Shown: positions 42,515 through 53,889 of the stretch, piece after piece | Position numbering within the stretch: the first letter of the stretch is position 1 | Layout of the letters: each line of letters opens with the position of its first letter | Assembly (NCBI GenBank): GCA_049860595.1 | Contig: CP187551.1 | Reading direction: 5' to 3' (one strand) | Length of the DNA: 64,000 nt | DNA from: Methanocaldococcus sp. 16A | Lineage (GTDB): Archaea; AGJL01; Methanococci; Methanococcales; Methanocaldococcaceae | Notes under the pieces: model-generated | The model's database searches: none | Seen by the model: only the letters and a program-made list of their open reading frames with translations | What the model was told of the DNA's origin: nothing | Position numbers and translations under genes: made by a program

Positions 42515-43049
42515 TAAATTCTTTTAATCGCGTAATCCTTGAAATTATCTTATTCAGATATTTATTTTGTAGTTTTAAATCTTCTTTTGTTTCCTTAGAA
42601 TAATCATCTGGTAAATTTTGAATCTTATTCAAAATATTTTTGTCATCAATATTAGCAATTTTATACAACTCCATACTTACGCTTTTTATGCTTAATCCTT
42701 TCTCAACCACAATATTCAACAACTCCTCATATGAAACTTTTTCTTCTATTGTTTTCCAGTAATCTTCAAATATATTGTCTTCTATTATATATTCAAGAAC
42801 TTCCAAGATTTTTATACTTAAATCTAACTTTAGAATTTCAGAGGTTAAAAAACACTCTTTTTCTTCCAATTTAGCAATCTTATCTAAATCATTTGGATTA
42901 TTAGTTCTTAGTTCTTTTAATGTTACTCTAATGTTATTTAATTCTATAAGTTTCTTTTCTCCCTCTTTAATCATTTCCTCTTTTTTATCTTTTATTTCAA
43001 CTAAAGTAGGATATCCAAGAGTATTTTCCATAAAATCACCTAATAACAA
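42510..43049 (-). CDS. Hypothetical coiled-coil protein
   Basis: ORF co-oriented with neighbours; GGTGA RBS precedes an internal Met that may be the true start; no motif recognised. Confidence 0.65.
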   Translation of the reverse strand: MLLGDFMENTLGYPTLVEIKDKKEEMIKEGEKKLIELNNIRVTLKELRTNNPNDLDKIAKLEEKECFLTSEILKLDLSIKILEVLEYIIEDNIFEDYWKTIEEKVSYEELLNIVVEKGLSIKSVSMELYKIANIDDKNILNKIQNLPDDYSKETKEDLKLQNKYLNKIISRITRLKEFK

Positions 43050-43073
43050 TAAAAATTAAATAAGTTAATTAAT

Positions 43074-43460
43074 TTACTTCTTTTTCTTCTTATCTTTTTT
43101 CTTTGATTTATAATAACCCTTTAATACTGGAAGCTTTGGAAAATCATCCAACAGTTTATAATAAATATCCCCGTATCTTTCACTAATCACTACAATATGA
43201 GCTGGAGGATGAATTTTTCTAATTCTATCTATTGCTTTTGGAGCTTTTTCAGCAATTTTTGCCACACATGCAGTTTTACATGGCTTTTTTACTTCTCCCA
43301 ATATAGCTCCTAATATCTCATCAGCCGCTTCTGGAACAATAATTTTTGGCTTACCAATAATTGTTAGCTCTGCATGCCTATCAACATCTGCTAAGGCATT
43401 CTTTAATTTTTCATAACTATCTCCTCTAACCAACAATATTGTCATAACTATCCCTAACAC
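43074..43460 (-). CDS. DUF356 family protein
   Basis: RGDSYEK..NALADVDRHA, RKIHPPAHIVV. Confidence 0.75.
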   Translation of the reverse strand: MLGIVMTILLVRGDSYEKLKNALADVDRHAELTIIGKPKIIVPEAADEILGAILGEVKKPCKTACVAKIAEKAPKAIDRIRKIHPPAHIVVISERYGDIYYKLLDDFPKLPVLKGYYKSKKKDKKKKK

Positions 43461-43509
43461 GTGTTTTTAAATGTTATTAATTATTTCTAAATAATTCAAT
43501 GAAAATATT

Positions 43510-44202
43510 TTATCTCCCATGCCTTTCGTTATGTCTTAAGTATTCTTCAAGCATAAATGGAAAATCAGAGGCATCAACAAACCTCAGCCCCAATCTTTGA
43601 GCCCATTTTTCAATGCCTCCATCACTTGCCACTACTGCAGCATCTAACTCTTTAGCTAAAAGTAAAACATCTAAGTCAGGGGCACTATCTAAAGTTCCTA
43701 CTCTTAAAGCACTTCTATATTTATTTCTAAAGGTATTTATTGTTTTTGATAGGACTTTATTTATAATTTCATTTTTATTCATCTCTGGATGTTTTTTTGA
43801 TAACTCATAAACCATATCTGATGTTCTTATTATATGTTCTTCTCCAATTCTCATCCCTTTATTTATCCTCTCCCTTAAATCTTTAACATATTCATAAAAA
43901 ATTTCTGAAGGAATTTTTATCTCATATCTATTTGGAGTTTTTTTAACAAGCCATGTATCTACTTTAACTATAACATCTTTAGGACAATTCTCATTCTCTA
44001 AAAATCCCATTAATTCATTATATACAGTCGGATAAGGAATGTGACAAGAAATATTTAACTTTATTCTTGCTTCTGCTATCAAATCCATAACTCTATCTGT
44101 TAGTTCAGTAACGGTTTTAACTCCCAATGCTTTCCTAACTGACGGTTCAGTAAAAGCACTAGTGTCTAAGCAAAATCTCTGTTTTTGCATATCTCTCCCC
44201 AA
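43510..44202 (-). CDS. HARP, protein-only RNase P (PIN fold)
   Basis: RFCLDTS, RERINKGMR, YRSALRVGTLDSAPDLDVLLLA, SDGGI. Confidence 0.88.
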   Translation of the reverse strand: MGRDMQKQRFCLDTSAFTEPSVRKALGVKTVTELTDRVMDLIAEARIKLNISCHIPYPTVYNELMGFLENENCPKDVIVKVDTWLVKKTPNRYEIKIPSEIFYEYVKDLRERINKGMRIGEEHIIRTSDMVYELSKKHPEMNKNEIINKVLSKTINTFRNKYRSALRVGTLDSAPDLDVLLLAKELDAAVVASDGGIEKWAQRLGLRFVDASDFPFMLEEYLRHNERHGR

Positions 44203-44237
44203 AATTTAATTTCTTGATTTTAATAAAATTTATTTTT

Positions 44238-44332
44238 AATAGGACTTTCGCAGTTTATATATTAAATTTAGAACTTTGACAATTTTAAGTGTCTATATTC
44301 AATAAAAAATTCATTCCTGCGAAAGTCCTATT
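44238..44332. repeat. Family A element
   Basis: Perfect AATAGGACTTTCGCAG/CTGCGAAAGTCCTATT. Confidence 0.92.
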
Positions 44333-45414
44333 TAATCTTCTTTAATATCATTTCTAACTGCCAATATCTTTATCTTTGCAGGATAGTTATTTATATATTT
44401 TGATAAAATTTCATTAGGAATCCTTGCTTCCAATTTAGATAAAATTCTTTCCTTAAAATGCCTTGAAAATCCATAAGGTAGAGAGTTTTTTATCTCCTCA
44501 GCATTATTAAATGGTCTTCTTCTCTCCAATATTTCAGCTACATTACTTGGTAAATATTCATACAAATCATACTCGTTGGCTGTTTCTAAGATTCTATCCT
44601 CAAACCTTTTTAATATCAATTCACTGAGTTTTCCAGAATCATAGAGTTCTTTTAAAATCTCTAAAGTGGTTTCTGGAAGCATATCCTTAATATCTTCAAA
44701 TTTCCCGCTGAATATTGCCTCTCTAATCTTAGTTCCACTTATTCCCTCTAATCTTTTTACAAAAACAAATTTTGGATGAAAATTTAAACCTTCTTTATTC
44801 AATTTATAAATCATCTGAGACATTGAAGCAATAACATAATTATCAATATTTAATTTTTCTCCTAAAATCTCTCCTGTCTCTATACAGCAAATTTTGTATG
44901 GCTTAACTTGTATATGATAGCCCTTATTTATACAATCTATAACCTTCTCCATGGTTTTTTCTGGAATATAACCCCTTGGTATTACTTCAGCTCCTAAGCT
45001 ATAAAACATCTTTATTAGACATCTCATATACTGCCCAGAACCCATAATTCCCATTGGAGGCCCTTCAACAACAATATCTGCTCCTGCTTTTATAGCCATC
45101 TCTGCCCTTATATATCTATTTAAGAAATAAGGAATGCCCCTCCCACTCCTTTCTAAGGGGCCGGGCAAAACACTAATAAAAATTCCATGTTCCTTTCCTC
45201 TCTCTAATGCATATTTATGCCCCTTATGTAATGGATTGTATTCGGTAAAATCACAGACGATTTTATCTTTATTTTCTCTTTCTTTTATTTCTTCAACTAA
45301 TTTTTTAAAATCTTTGAAAGATTTTTTATCTTTTCTTTCAGCATCTCTAATTATCTCCTCCCTATCCTTCAAAAAATTTTTTAAATTTAAATCCATAATT
45401 TCACCAATGAACAT
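44332..45414 (-). CDS. HIGH-family nucleotidyltransferase (TmcAL/UPF0348-like)
   Basis: EYNPLHKGH, RAEMAIKAGADIVVE, ISGTKIRE. Confidence 0.8.
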   Translation of the reverse strand: MFIGEIMDLNLKNFLKDREEIIRDAERKDKKSFKDFKKLVEEIKERENKDKIVCDFTEYNPLHKGHKYALERGKEHGIFISVLPGPLERSGRGIPYFLNRYIRAEMAIKAGADIVVEGPPMGIMGSGQYMRCLIKMFYSLGAEVIPRGYIPEKTMEKVIDCINKGYHIQVKPYKICCIETGEILGEKLNIDNYVIASMSQMIYKLNKEGLNFHPKFVFVKRLEGISGTKIREAIFSGKFEDIKDMLPETTLEILKELYDSGKLSELILKRFEDRILETANEYDLYEYLPSNVAEILERRRPFNNAEEIKNSLPYGFSRHFKERILSKLEARIPNEILSKYINNYPAKIKILAVRNDIKED

Positions 45415-45454
45415 AAACTTTATATATTAGAAAGTGAATTGTTATTGATGCTGA

Positions 45455-45528
45455 GGGCCCATGGTCTAGCTGGCTATGACGTCGCCCTTACAAGGCGAAG
45501 GTCGCCGGTTCGAATCCGGCTGGGCCCA
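45455..45528 (+). tRNA. tRNA-Val(TAC)
   Basis: TCGCC-CT TAC AA-GGCGA; GGTTCGAATCC. Confidence 0.94.
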
Positions 45529-45608
45529 CTATTTTTTATTTTAGACATATATATTTATTAATTTAAATATTAGAATTGTATTTAGTTTTTGTTAAACAAT
45601 CTAAATTG

Positions 45609-45690
45609 AATAGGAGTTTCGCAGTTTATATATTAAATTGAAATTTAGACACAGTTCAATAAAAATATTTATTCCCGCGAAAGTCCTATT
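45609..45690. repeat. Family A element with a partly deleted inner hairpin
   Basis: AATAGGAGTTTCGCAG...CCGCGAAAGTCCTATT. Confidence 0.85.
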
Positions 45691-45729
45691 GAAATAAAAT
45701 AAAAAAGAAAGCAAACAATTTTTAATTTT

Positions 45730-46149
45730 TTATTGTTTTTTCTCTTGAGCTTGTTGGGCTTTCTGTATTTCTGCCTGTAACTCTTTTCTTAAAGCAGCTA
45801 TTGCTTTAGCTAATTCTTCAGCTTTCTTCATTCCTTCTTTTTCAGCTTTATCTAAATCTTCAATAGATTTTTTCAAATCTTCAATAATTTCACTAAATGA
45901 TTTTTCAACATAAATATCTGACTTAACTCCAATTAAAGCCTTATCATCAACAATTTTTGCCTTTAAAAAAACTCCTGGACCTACTGGAATTAATGTCTCT
46001 TCATCTGCTTTTATATTTTCAATTGTTTTAATTGAGTTCATTATTTCAGATTTTAATGTTCTTATTGATACTAATTCACTTTGAATCATTTGTAATTGTT
46101 GATTGTATATTTCTAAAGCCATAGCTTTTTGTCTTAAATCTTCGCTCAT
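45730..46149 (-). CDS. pfdA: Prefoldin alpha subunit
   Basis: Coiled coils flanking ETLIPVGPGVFLKAKI...YVEK hairpins. Confidence 0.92.
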   Translation of the reverse strand: MSEDLRQKAMALEIYNQQLQMIQSELVSIRTLKSEIMNSIKTIENIKADEETLIPVGPGVFLKAKIVDDKALIGVKSDIYVEKSFSEIIEDLKKSIEDLDKAEKEGMKKAEELAKAIAALRKELQAEIQKAQQAQEKKQ

Positions 46150-46233
46150 ATTTCCACCTCAATAAGCACTATAGCATAACTGATATATATCTAATGCTTT
46201 AATAAATTTATTGATAATGCTTCTATAGAGGTA

Positions 46234-46542
46234 GTGTTTATGAAACTGTTAGGTGTTATAGGCTACTTAGCCGTTTTAATTAAAGCTATATGTGAGTCCT
46301 GGATTGATGTTGTTAAAAGAAGCATAAATGGGGAAATAAAGCCCCAAGTTATAGAAATAGAGTCTATTATCAACAACCCTACTGGTTTAGTTCTGTTATC
46401 ATGGTCTATAACAGCTACTCCAGGAACTTTAGTTATTGATTTAATTCCAGAAGAGAGAAAATTAAAAGTAGCCACAATAAGCCCAAGAAGTAGAGAAGAC
46501 ATTGTTCCATTTGAGCCATACATTAAAAAAATTTTTGATTAA
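46234..46542 (+). CDS. MnhE-like subunit (probably energy-converting hydrogenase associated)
   Basis: [12 protein letters not shown] motif. Confidence 0.8.
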   Translation: MFMKLLGVIGYLAVLIKAICESWIDVVKRSINGEIKPQVIEIESIINNPTGLVLLSWSITATPGTLVIDLIPEERKLKVATISPRSREDIVPFEPYIKKIFD

Positions 46543-46543
46543 A

Positions 46544-47848
46544 TTATTCTTTCTCTAAAACTTTTATATGTCCGTTATCTAATTTAACTTTCATTATACT
46601 TTCATTATTATATATTGTTAAAAATGCTAATATTGCTGCTTTTGTTCCATATCTATTTGAACCAGCTAAAATATAGATGTTATTATTATTGTAAGGGTTT
46701 TTTATTTTTTGTATAACACCTATATTATTTCCAGGATAATTATCAGTTATATTTATCCTTAGTAAAGCTTTATTTTCAAGTTCTTTAACAAATTTATTAA
46801 CTTTAGGACCTCCAATGAGAATTATATCTTTATTGATATTTAATGGGTCAATATCAATTATATCTAATGAGTTAATGTAAATCTTTTCATGATTTTCTAA
46901 CTCTTTTCCTTTATAATAAACATGAACTGTATTGTTTATTTTTATGGCATAAAATCCTTCGCCTAAATATAAAACGGTTTTGTTTTCAATATTAAAAGTT
47001 TTAGTTTCTTTTTTTATTACTTTAAATAAAACATAATCTTTGTAATCTTTTTCAAGTATTATAGTACAATTAAACAAGTGTATTTCATTTCCTAAATCAT
47101 TTATATTTTTATATACAAGCTCTATTCTATCAGCACTGAGATCTTTAACTATAAAATTCTTATCTAAGGGGAAATCCTTATCCTTTTTAATTTCTATTGT
47201 TGAATATACATTAAAGGTAAAATAATAGCTTTTACCTTTTTTTGTGCAATTCTTATATATAATCCCTAACTGTTCTCCTTCTACATAATAAAACTGCCCT
47301 TTATTTAATTTAAAATACTCCATAATAGGCTTTCCATTTTTGTATATATCAACAACTATAGTATTTAAATCAGGAGATAAAAGCTTAACAGCCACTTTAT
47401 ATCTACCATATTCAAATGATTCATTTGTTGTTATTTCCTTTCCATCTTTTTCTTTTAATATTATACAATCTGACGTAATATCTTCAACTATGTAGCTTTT
47501 GTTGAATAAACTTATTTCTTTTCCCTTTTCAAGGTTTAAATATTCAATATACTCAATATCTTTGTATTTTATCCCATTATTATCTCTGATAAATTTTATA
47601 TTGAGTTTTTTACTATTATCCTCAATCTCAAGCTCATCAGTAGCTGGAATATATATAATATCGTCAATAATAACTGTTATATTACTCCCATTAACTTTTA
47701 TTTCTCTTGAAGAATATAAGTTATCCATCAAAACTTTGGCATTTTCATAATCTACTGTGCTTTTATTTACAAAGATTACTGGGTCTATAGGCAAAGCATA
47801 GCTAACACTTATAAATAGTAATATAAATAATAAAAGGAGTTTTTTCAT
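46544..47848 (-). CDS. Secreted S-layer-family protein
   Basis: Signal peptide; ILIGGPKVN and ILAGSNRYGT motifs. Confidence 0.75.
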   Translation of the reverse strand: MKKLLLLFILLFISVSYALPIDPVIFVNKSTVDYENAKVLMDNLYSSREIKVNGSNITVIIDDIIYIPATDELEIEDNSKKLNIKFIRDNNGIKYKDIEYIEYLNLEKGKEISLFNKSYIVEDITSDCIILKEKDGKEITTNESFEYGRYKVAVKLLSPDLNTIVVDIYKNGKPIMEYFKLNKGQFYYVEGEQLGIIYKNCTKKGKSYYFTFNVYSTIEIKKDKDFPLDKNFIVKDLSADRIELVYKNINDLGNEIHLFNCTIILEKDYKDYVLFKVIKKETKTFNIENKTVLYLGEGFYAIKINNTVHVYYKGKELENHEKIYINSLDIIDIDPLNINKDIILIGGPKVNKFVKELENKALLRINITDNYPGNNIGVIQKIKNPYNNNNIYILAGSNRYGTKAAILAFLTIYNNESIMKVKLDNGHIKVLEKE

Positions 47849-47917
47849 TAATTTCCCCTCCTTAAACTTTTATAGAATTGATTAAGTTATGAGTGATTAT
47901 TATAAAATGTCTTTATT

Positions 47918-48015
47918 AATATGACTTTCACAGGAATAAATATTAATAAGGCCTATTTGATGCTATTGGCATCAATGTTCTCCTTACTCAATATATAAAG
48001 TGCGAAAGTCCTATT
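47918..48015. repeat. Family A element in the divergent intergenic region upstream of hisC
   Basis: AATATGACTTTCACAG...GATGCT-ATT-GGCATC...GTGCGAAAGTCCTATT. Confidence 0.82.
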
Positions 48016-48051
48016 AAAATATTTTTGGTTAAAAATTTTAGGTGATATATT

Positions 48052-49161
48052 ATGATAGAAAATAAAGTAAGAGAGGTTGTTAAAAAATTAAAGCCATATG
48101 TTCCAGGAAAATCTAAAGAAGAGATAGCAAGAGCTTATGGAATAAAACCAGAAGATATTATAAAACTTGGTTCTAATGAAAATCCTTGGGGAGCTTCACC
48201 AAAAATAAAAGAAGAGATATTAAAAGAACTTCCAAATATACATCAATATCCAGAGCCAGTAAATCCAGTTTTAATGGAAGAGTTAAGTAAATTTTTGAAT
48301 GTTAGTAAAGAAAATATTATTGTTGGTGGTGATGGAGCTGATGAGGTTATAGATACGATATTTAGAACGTTTGTTGATGATGGTGATGAGGTTATAATCC
48401 CAATCCCAACTTTCACTCAATATAGAGTTTCAGCAACAATTCACAATGCTAAAATAAAATATGCAAAATATGATAAAGAAAAGGATTTTAAATTAGATGT
48501 TGAAAGCGTTCTCAATAACATAACAGATAAAACAAAGGTTATTTTTTTATGCACTCCAAACAATCCAACGGGAAATATAATAGAAAATAAAGATATAGAG
48601 AAGATTATCAATGAGACAGATGCTTTGGTTGTTATAGACCATGCATATATTGAGTATGCCAAAAAAGAATATGACTGGACACAAAAAGCCCCTGAATATG
48701 ATAACGTTATTGTTTTAAGAACATTTTCAAAGGTTTTTGGTTTAGCAGGGATGAGAATTGGTTATGGTGTAGCAAATAAAAAAATCATTGATTACATGAT
48801 GAGAGTTAAGCCAATATTCAGCTTAACAAGATTAAGCCAAGTTTGTGCTATAACAGCCTTAAGAGATAGGGAATTCTTTGAAAGATGTGTTAGAGATGGG
48901 ATTAAAAGTAGAGAGATGCTATATAATGGGCTGAAGAAATTTAAAGACATTAAAGTTTATCCTTCAGAAGCTAATTATGTATTGGTTGAATTAAAAACAA
49001 TGAAAGCTAAGGAGTTTTGTGAAGAGCTATTAAAAAGAGGAGTTATTGTTAGAGATTGCTCATCATTTGATGGTTTAGGAGATAACTATGTAAGAGTATC
49101 AATAGGGACATTTGAGGAAATTGAAAGATTTTTAAAAATTTTAGAGGAAATTATAAATTAA
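48052..49161 (+). CDS. hisC: Histidinol-phosphate aminotransferase
   Basis: [30 protein letters not shown]. Confidence 0.95.
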   Translation: MIENKVREVVKKLKPYVPGKSKEEIARAYGIKPEDIIKLGSNENPWGASPKIKEEILKELPNIHQYPEPVNPVLMEELSKFLNVSKENIIVGGDGADEVIDTIFRTFVDDGDEVIIPIPTFTQYRVSATIHNAKIKYAKYDKEKDFKLDVESVLNNITDKTKVIFLCTPNNPTGNIIENKDIEKIINETDALVVIDHAYIEYAKKEYDWTQKAPEYDNVIVLRTFSKVFGLAGMRIGYGVANKKIIDYMMRVKPIFSLTRLSQVCAITALRDREFFERCVRDGIKSREMLYNGLKKFKDIKVYPSEANYVLVELKTMKAKEFCEELLKRGVIVRDCSSFDGLGDNYVRVSIGTFEEIERFLKILEEIIN

Positions 49162-50315
49162 TTCTTTAATAACACTTCTTTAGCTACTTCAACTCCACTC
49201 TCTTTAACTTCAAATCCAAGCTCTTTTAAAGCTAATTCTACACAAGCTAATGTTGCTAAAACTTCTTTCTCTCCACAGATTCCCATGTGTCCAATTCTAA
49301 ATATCTTTCCAGCCAAGTGTTTCTGTCCTCCAGCAACAACTATATTGTATTTATTGCTTAATATTCCTCTAAAGTCACTATCCTTAATTCCTTCTGGATA
49401 TTTTGCTGATGTAACTGTTACTGACCTTGCTCTTTCTTTAGCAAACAATTCTATTCCCATAGCCTCTAAACCAGCTCTTGTTGCTTTAGCCAATCTTTCA
49501 TGTCTTTTAACTCTATTCTCAATACCTTCCTCCAAAACTAAATCTAAGGCAACATTCATTGCATAGGTTAAGTTAATTGAAGGAGTATAAGGTGTTTGTT
49601 TTTTCTCTTCATAGTATTTTTTATAAGCCAATAAATCTAAGTAAAAGCCAACTTTATCCTCATTCTTTTTGATAACTTCCCATGCTTTTTCGCTGACTGT
49701 TATAGCCGCTAATCCTGGTGGAGCTGCTAAACATTTTTGAGAACCAGTAACACAAATATCTATGTGGAATTTATCAACATTTACATAATCTCCTCCTAAT
49801 GATGAGACAGTATCAACAATGTATAAAGCATCATAGTCCTTAACAACCTCTCCAATCTCTTTTATTGGGTTTCTTGCACCTGTTGATGTTTCATTATGCA
49901 CAACTGTAACTGCTTTAATATCATCGTATTTATCTAAAATCTCTTTAACTGCTTCTGGCTCAGCCATATCTCCCCATTCTATATCTAATCTAATTGCCTC
50001 TCCTTTGTATGCTTTAACTATATTTGCAAATCTCTCTCCAAAGTTTCCTGTAACTATGTTTAAAACCTTATCTCCTCTTTTTATTATGTTTGATATTGCC
50101 ATATCCATTGCTGCTGTTCCTGAACCAGTAATTAAGAATGTGTCATTCTCAGTAATAAAGACCTTTTTTAATTTCTCTACAGTATCTTCCAATAAAGCCC
50201 CGTAATCTTTTGTTCTATGCCCAATTACTGGCATTGCCATTGCATTTAAAACCTCTGGTGGAACTATTGTAGGACCTGGAATCATCAACAATTTTTTGGT
50301 TGCTTCCAATTTCAT
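49158..50315 (-). CDS. Class V PLP aminotransferase (serine-pyruvate/phosphoserine type)
   Basis: [36 protein letters not shown]. Confidence 0.9.
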   Translation of the reverse strand: MKLEATKKLLMIPGPTIVPPEVLNAMAMPVIGHRTKDYGALLEDTVEKLKKVFITENDTFLITGSGTAAMDMAISNIIKRGDKVLNIVTGNFGERFANIVKAYKGEAIRLDIEWGDMAEPEAVKEILDKYDDIKAVTVVHNETSTGARNPIKEIGEVVKDYDALYIVDTVSSLGGDYVNVDKFHIDICVTGSQKCLAAPPGLAAITVSEKAWEVIKKNEDKVGFYLDLLAYKKYYEEKKQTPYTPSINLTYAMNVALDLVLEEGIENRVKRHERLAKATRAGLEAMGIELFAKERARSVTVTSAKYPEGIKDSDFRGILSNKYNIVVAGGQKHLAGKIFRIGHMGICGEKEVLATLACVELALKELGFEVKESGVEVAKEVLLKN

Positions 50316-50365
50316 AATCTCCCTCCATAAAAATTATTTATTTGAGATGGATTTGTAGTTATCCT

Positions 50366-51022
50366 TTATTTTCTACTTTTTAAATAATTATCCCAGTCTT
50401 TTAAGAATCTTTCCAATCCAATGTCAGTTAATGGGTGGTTGAAGAGCTTATCCATAACTGCTGGAGGAATTGTTGCTATATCAGCCCCTATTTTTGCAGC
50501 TTCTAAAACATGCCATGGATGTCTGACTGAAGCTACTATAACTTCTGTTTTAATATCATAGTTTTTGTATATCTTTACAACATCTTCAATTAATTTCATC
50601 CCTACATGCCCAATATCATCCAATCTTCCAACAAATGGGGAAACATAAGTAGCTCCTGCCTTAGCAGCTAATAAAGCTTGCAATGGTGAGAAAACTAAGG
50701 TTACATTTGTTTTTATTCCTTCAGCTGATAATATTTTAACTGCTTTCATTCCATCTTTTGTCATTGGGATTTTTATAACTATATTATCAGCTATTTTTGC
50801 TAATTCTCTCGCTTCTTTAACCATTCCTTCAGCATCAGTTGAGATAACCTCAGCACTTACAGGGCCGTCAACAATTTCACAGATTTCTTTAACAACTTCA
50901 TAGAAATCTCTTCCCTCCTTAGCAACTAATGTTGGGTTTGTTGTAACTCCATCAACTAAGCCAAGCTCAGCGTATTTTTTAATTTCTTCAACATTTGCTG
51001 TGTCTAAGAAGAATTTCATCAT
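50366..51022 (-). CDS. tal: Transaldolase (Fsa/TalC type)
   Basis: FLDTA, GVTTNP, IKIP, SPFVGR. Confidence 0.95.
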   Translation of the reverse strand: MMKFFLDTANVEEIKKYAELGLVDGVTTNPTLVAKEGRDFYEVVKEICEIVDGPVSAEVISTDAEGMVKEARELAKIADNIVIKIPMTKDGMKAVKILSAEGIKTNVTLVFSPLQALLAAKAGATYVSPFVGRLDDIGHVGMKLIEDVVKIYKNYDIKTEVIVASVRHPWHVLEAAKIGADIATIPPAVMDKLFNHPLTDIGLERFLKDWDNYLKSRK

Positions 51023-51277
51023 TATCCCTCCTATAAAATTTTATTGAGGTTTAGGAAATTATATATAGTTGATGGTTAAAAAGTTATCTCTTATCATACA
51101 TATAAATACATGGAAGTTTTTATAATGGTAAATTTTTATACTACATTCATATTTAGATTATATTCAACCACAACTTAACTTTGAATATAACTCTAACTAT
51201 ATATTTATTCATGCAAAAATCTTATTTTAAATATCAAACCTATTTTTAATTTAAATAAACATAATTTACGTGATACT

Positions 51278-53395
51278 ATGGCAAATTTTGATGAAGAGGT
51301 TTTTAGAGCATATTACGAGCATAAAATAAAGAGTTTTATAAAGGAAGAGCTATCTAACAACTTAATTAAAAATAATATTTTTGAATTTGATATAGAAAAG
51401 TTTTTAATGCATTTCCCTGATGCCTGTGAAGTTAATGATTTAATTATTGAAAGACCAAAAGAAGTTGAAGAAATAATTTTGGATATATTTAAAGAAGCTT
51501 ATGTTGAGTTGTTTGGAGAAGATAAAGAGTTAGAAAAAATACAAATTGCATTTAAAAATCCAAAAGGTTGTGAGAAGTTAATTGAAGATATATCATCATC
51601 AGACATAAATAAATTGACTAAATTTGAAGGGGTTATAGTCAAAGCAGGAAAGGTTTGTGCTTTATTAAAAAGAGCCTGCTATGTATGTCCAAGATGTGGA
51701 AATATAAGATATAAGACAATACACAACTATTTTGAAATTCCTGAAGTTATTTGTAACAATGGGGATTGTAAAGAAAAGATGGTTATTGACTATGAGGAAT
51801 CTACTTACATAAATATTCAAGAATTAGAGATTCAGCAACCAATTGACTTAATGAAAAACCCAGATGACCCGCCAAGAAGTATAAAGGTTTTCTTAGAGAA
51901 CAGTCCTGGGATTTATTCCGGAAGAGTAGATGTCGTAGGAACAGTATTAAAGAAAAAAACAAGACCTAAACTACCCGTATTTGAAATTTTTGTTAAAAGT
52001 AATTATGTTAAAATATCTGAAAGCTATCAAAAAATTGAAGTTAGAGATATTTTAGGGAATGAAGAGCTTATAGAGACCTTAAATGAATTAGGTAGAAAGA
52101 AGAATATTATTGACATCTTATCAAATTATCTAATATCTCAAATAAAGGGCTATGAATTAGTAAAGAAAGCAATATTTTTACAGCAAATTAAAGGAGCTTT
52201 TAAATTCTTACCAGATGGAACACCTTTAAGGAGAGACAGTCATATTTTATTAATTACAGACCCTGGAATTGGAAAAACCACTATGCTTAGAAGAATAGCA
52301 AGATTATTCCCTCAAAATGCTTATGCATCAGTAACTACTGCTACTGGAGGTGGATTAACTGCTAACGTTATTAGGGAGGCTACAGAAATTGGAGATGGAT
52401 GGGTAGTTAAGCCTGGAGTGTTTGTTAGAGCTAATGAAGGAACCGCTTGTATAGATGAGCTAACTGTAGATAAAAATGTAATGAAATACATCTTAGAAGC
52501 TATGGAAAGTCAAACAATACACGTAAATAAAGGAGGAATTAATGTAAAGCTTCCAGCAAGATGTGCAGTTTTAGCGGCATGTAATCCAAAGAGGGGAAGA
52601 TTCGATAGAAATTTAACAGTTATAGAACAGATAGATATTCCCGCTCCATTATTAAGTAGATTTGATTTAATATTTCCATTAATGGACAAACCAAATAGAA
52701 AAGGAGATGATGAGATAGCTGAGCATATATTAAACACCCACATAGAAACAGCAACAAAAGATTACAAAATCTTAGGAGCTATTGATATTGATGGAATTAC
52801 TGTGGATGAGAAGCTTTTAAAATACTATATCATTTACGCAAGGAGCTGTGCATATATAGAAGAAAATCAAGACCTATATTTAGGAGAATTTGATGAAACA
52901 AAGCTAATTATGCCATATTTAACTGATAAAGCAAAGAAGATGATTAAAAAGTATTACTTAGAAATGAGAAAGTTAGGAGAGGGGGATAACCCAATACCTA
53001 TAACTGCAAGACAGTTAGAAGCTATTATAAGAATTGCTGAGATGCATGCAAAGGCAAGACTATCAGATAAGGTTGAAGATGTCGATGCTGAAGTGGCGAT
53101 AAGTATTATTGATGATTGTTTAAAGCAAGTAGCCTATGACCCAGAAACAGGAACTTTAGATTTAGATAAAATAGCAGGAACTCCAAAATCAAGAAGAGAT
53201 AAAATGGATGCTGTCCTAAATATTATTAGAGAGATTGTTAGCTTAAGGGATGATGGCTTAGCACCAGAAGAAGAGATATATGAGAAAGCTGAAAGTATTG
53301 GTTTATCTGAAAAAGATGTTGAAAATGCTTTAGAATATTTAAAAAAAGCAGGGGATATATACAACCCAAGAATTGGATTCTGGGGGTTGTTATAA
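51278..53395 (+). CDS. mcm: MCM replicative helicase
   Basis: Zn finger, DPGIGKT, IDE, LLSRFD, TARQLE. Confidence 0.95.
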   Translation: MANFDEEVFRAYYEHKIKSFIKEELSNNLIKNNIFEFDIEKFLMHFPDACEVNDLIIERPKEVEEIILDIFKEAYVELFGEDKELEKIQIAFKNPKGCEKLIEDISSSDINKLTKFEGVIVKAGKVCALLKRACYVCPRCGNIRYKTIHNYFEIPEVICNNGDCKEKMVIDYEESTYINIQELEIQQPIDLMKNPDDPPRSIKVFLENSPGIYSGRVDVVGTVLKKKTRPKLPVFEIFVKSNYVKISESYQKIEVRDILGNEELIETLNELGRKKNIIDILSNYLISQIKGYELVKKAIFLQQIKGAFKFLPDGTPLRRDSHILLITDPGIGKTTMLRRIARLFPQNAYASVTTATGGGLTANVIREATEIGDGWVVKPGVFVRANEGTACIDELTVDKNVMKYILEAMESQTIHVNKGGINVKLPARCAVLAACNPKRGRFDRNLTVIEQIDIPAPLLSRFDLIFPLMDKPNRKGDDEIAEHILNTHIETATKDYKILGAIDIDGITVDEKLLKYYIIYARSCAYIEENQDLYLGEFDETKLIMPYLTDKAKKMIKKYYLEMRKLGEGDNPIPITARQLEAIIRIAEMHAKARLSDKVEDVDAEVAISIIDDCLKQVAYDPETGTLDLDKIAGTPKSRRDKMDAVLNIIREIVSLRDDGLAPEEEIYEKAESIGLSEKDVENALEYLKKAGDIYNPRIGFWGLL

Positions 53396-53496
53396 GTCCT
53401 TATTTTTGTATTTATTATTTTAATTTTTATTAATTATAAGTTACATAAATCATAAATTTTAATAATTTGGTTTTAAATATTAAATATTGTGAAAAT

Positions 53497-53889
53497 ATGA
53501 AAAAGAAAAAGTTCTTAGAAAAAAAACTAAAGAAGATTGCTTTTGAAAGAATTGACATATTAATGAGCTTAGCTGAAGAAGAGGCAAAAAAAGGAAATTG
53601 GGATAGGGTTAAGAGATATGTTTATTTAGCAAGAAGAATAGCTATGAAGATGAGAATAAGATTTCCTAAAAAATGGAAAAGAAGGATATGTAAAAAATGT
53701 GGAACTTTTTTATTATATGGAAAAAATGCAAGAGTTAGAGTTAAAAGTAAGAGGTATCCTCACGTTGTTATAACATGCTTAGATTGTGGGGCAATATATA
53801 GAATTCCAATGATTAGAGAAAAGAAAGAGAGAAGAAAAAAGAAATTAGAAGAAAAATTAAAGGCAAAAAATAGTATGGTGAAAGAATGA
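53497..53889 (+). CDS. rnp4: RNase P protein component 4 (Rpp21)
   Basis: IAFERIDIL, KRRICKKC, ITCLDCG. Confidence 0.93.
   Translation: MKKKKFLEKKLKKIAFERIDILMSLAEEEAKKGNWDRVKRYVYLARRIAMKMRIRFPKKWKRRICKKCGTFLLYGKNARVRVKSKRYPHVVITCLDCGAIYRIPMIREKKERRKKKLEEKLKAKNSMVKE

Noticed and set aside
51278-53395. Possible intein or mobile-element origin of MCM
   Set aside because: No intein motifs or extra length; flanked by housekeeping genes with no integrase
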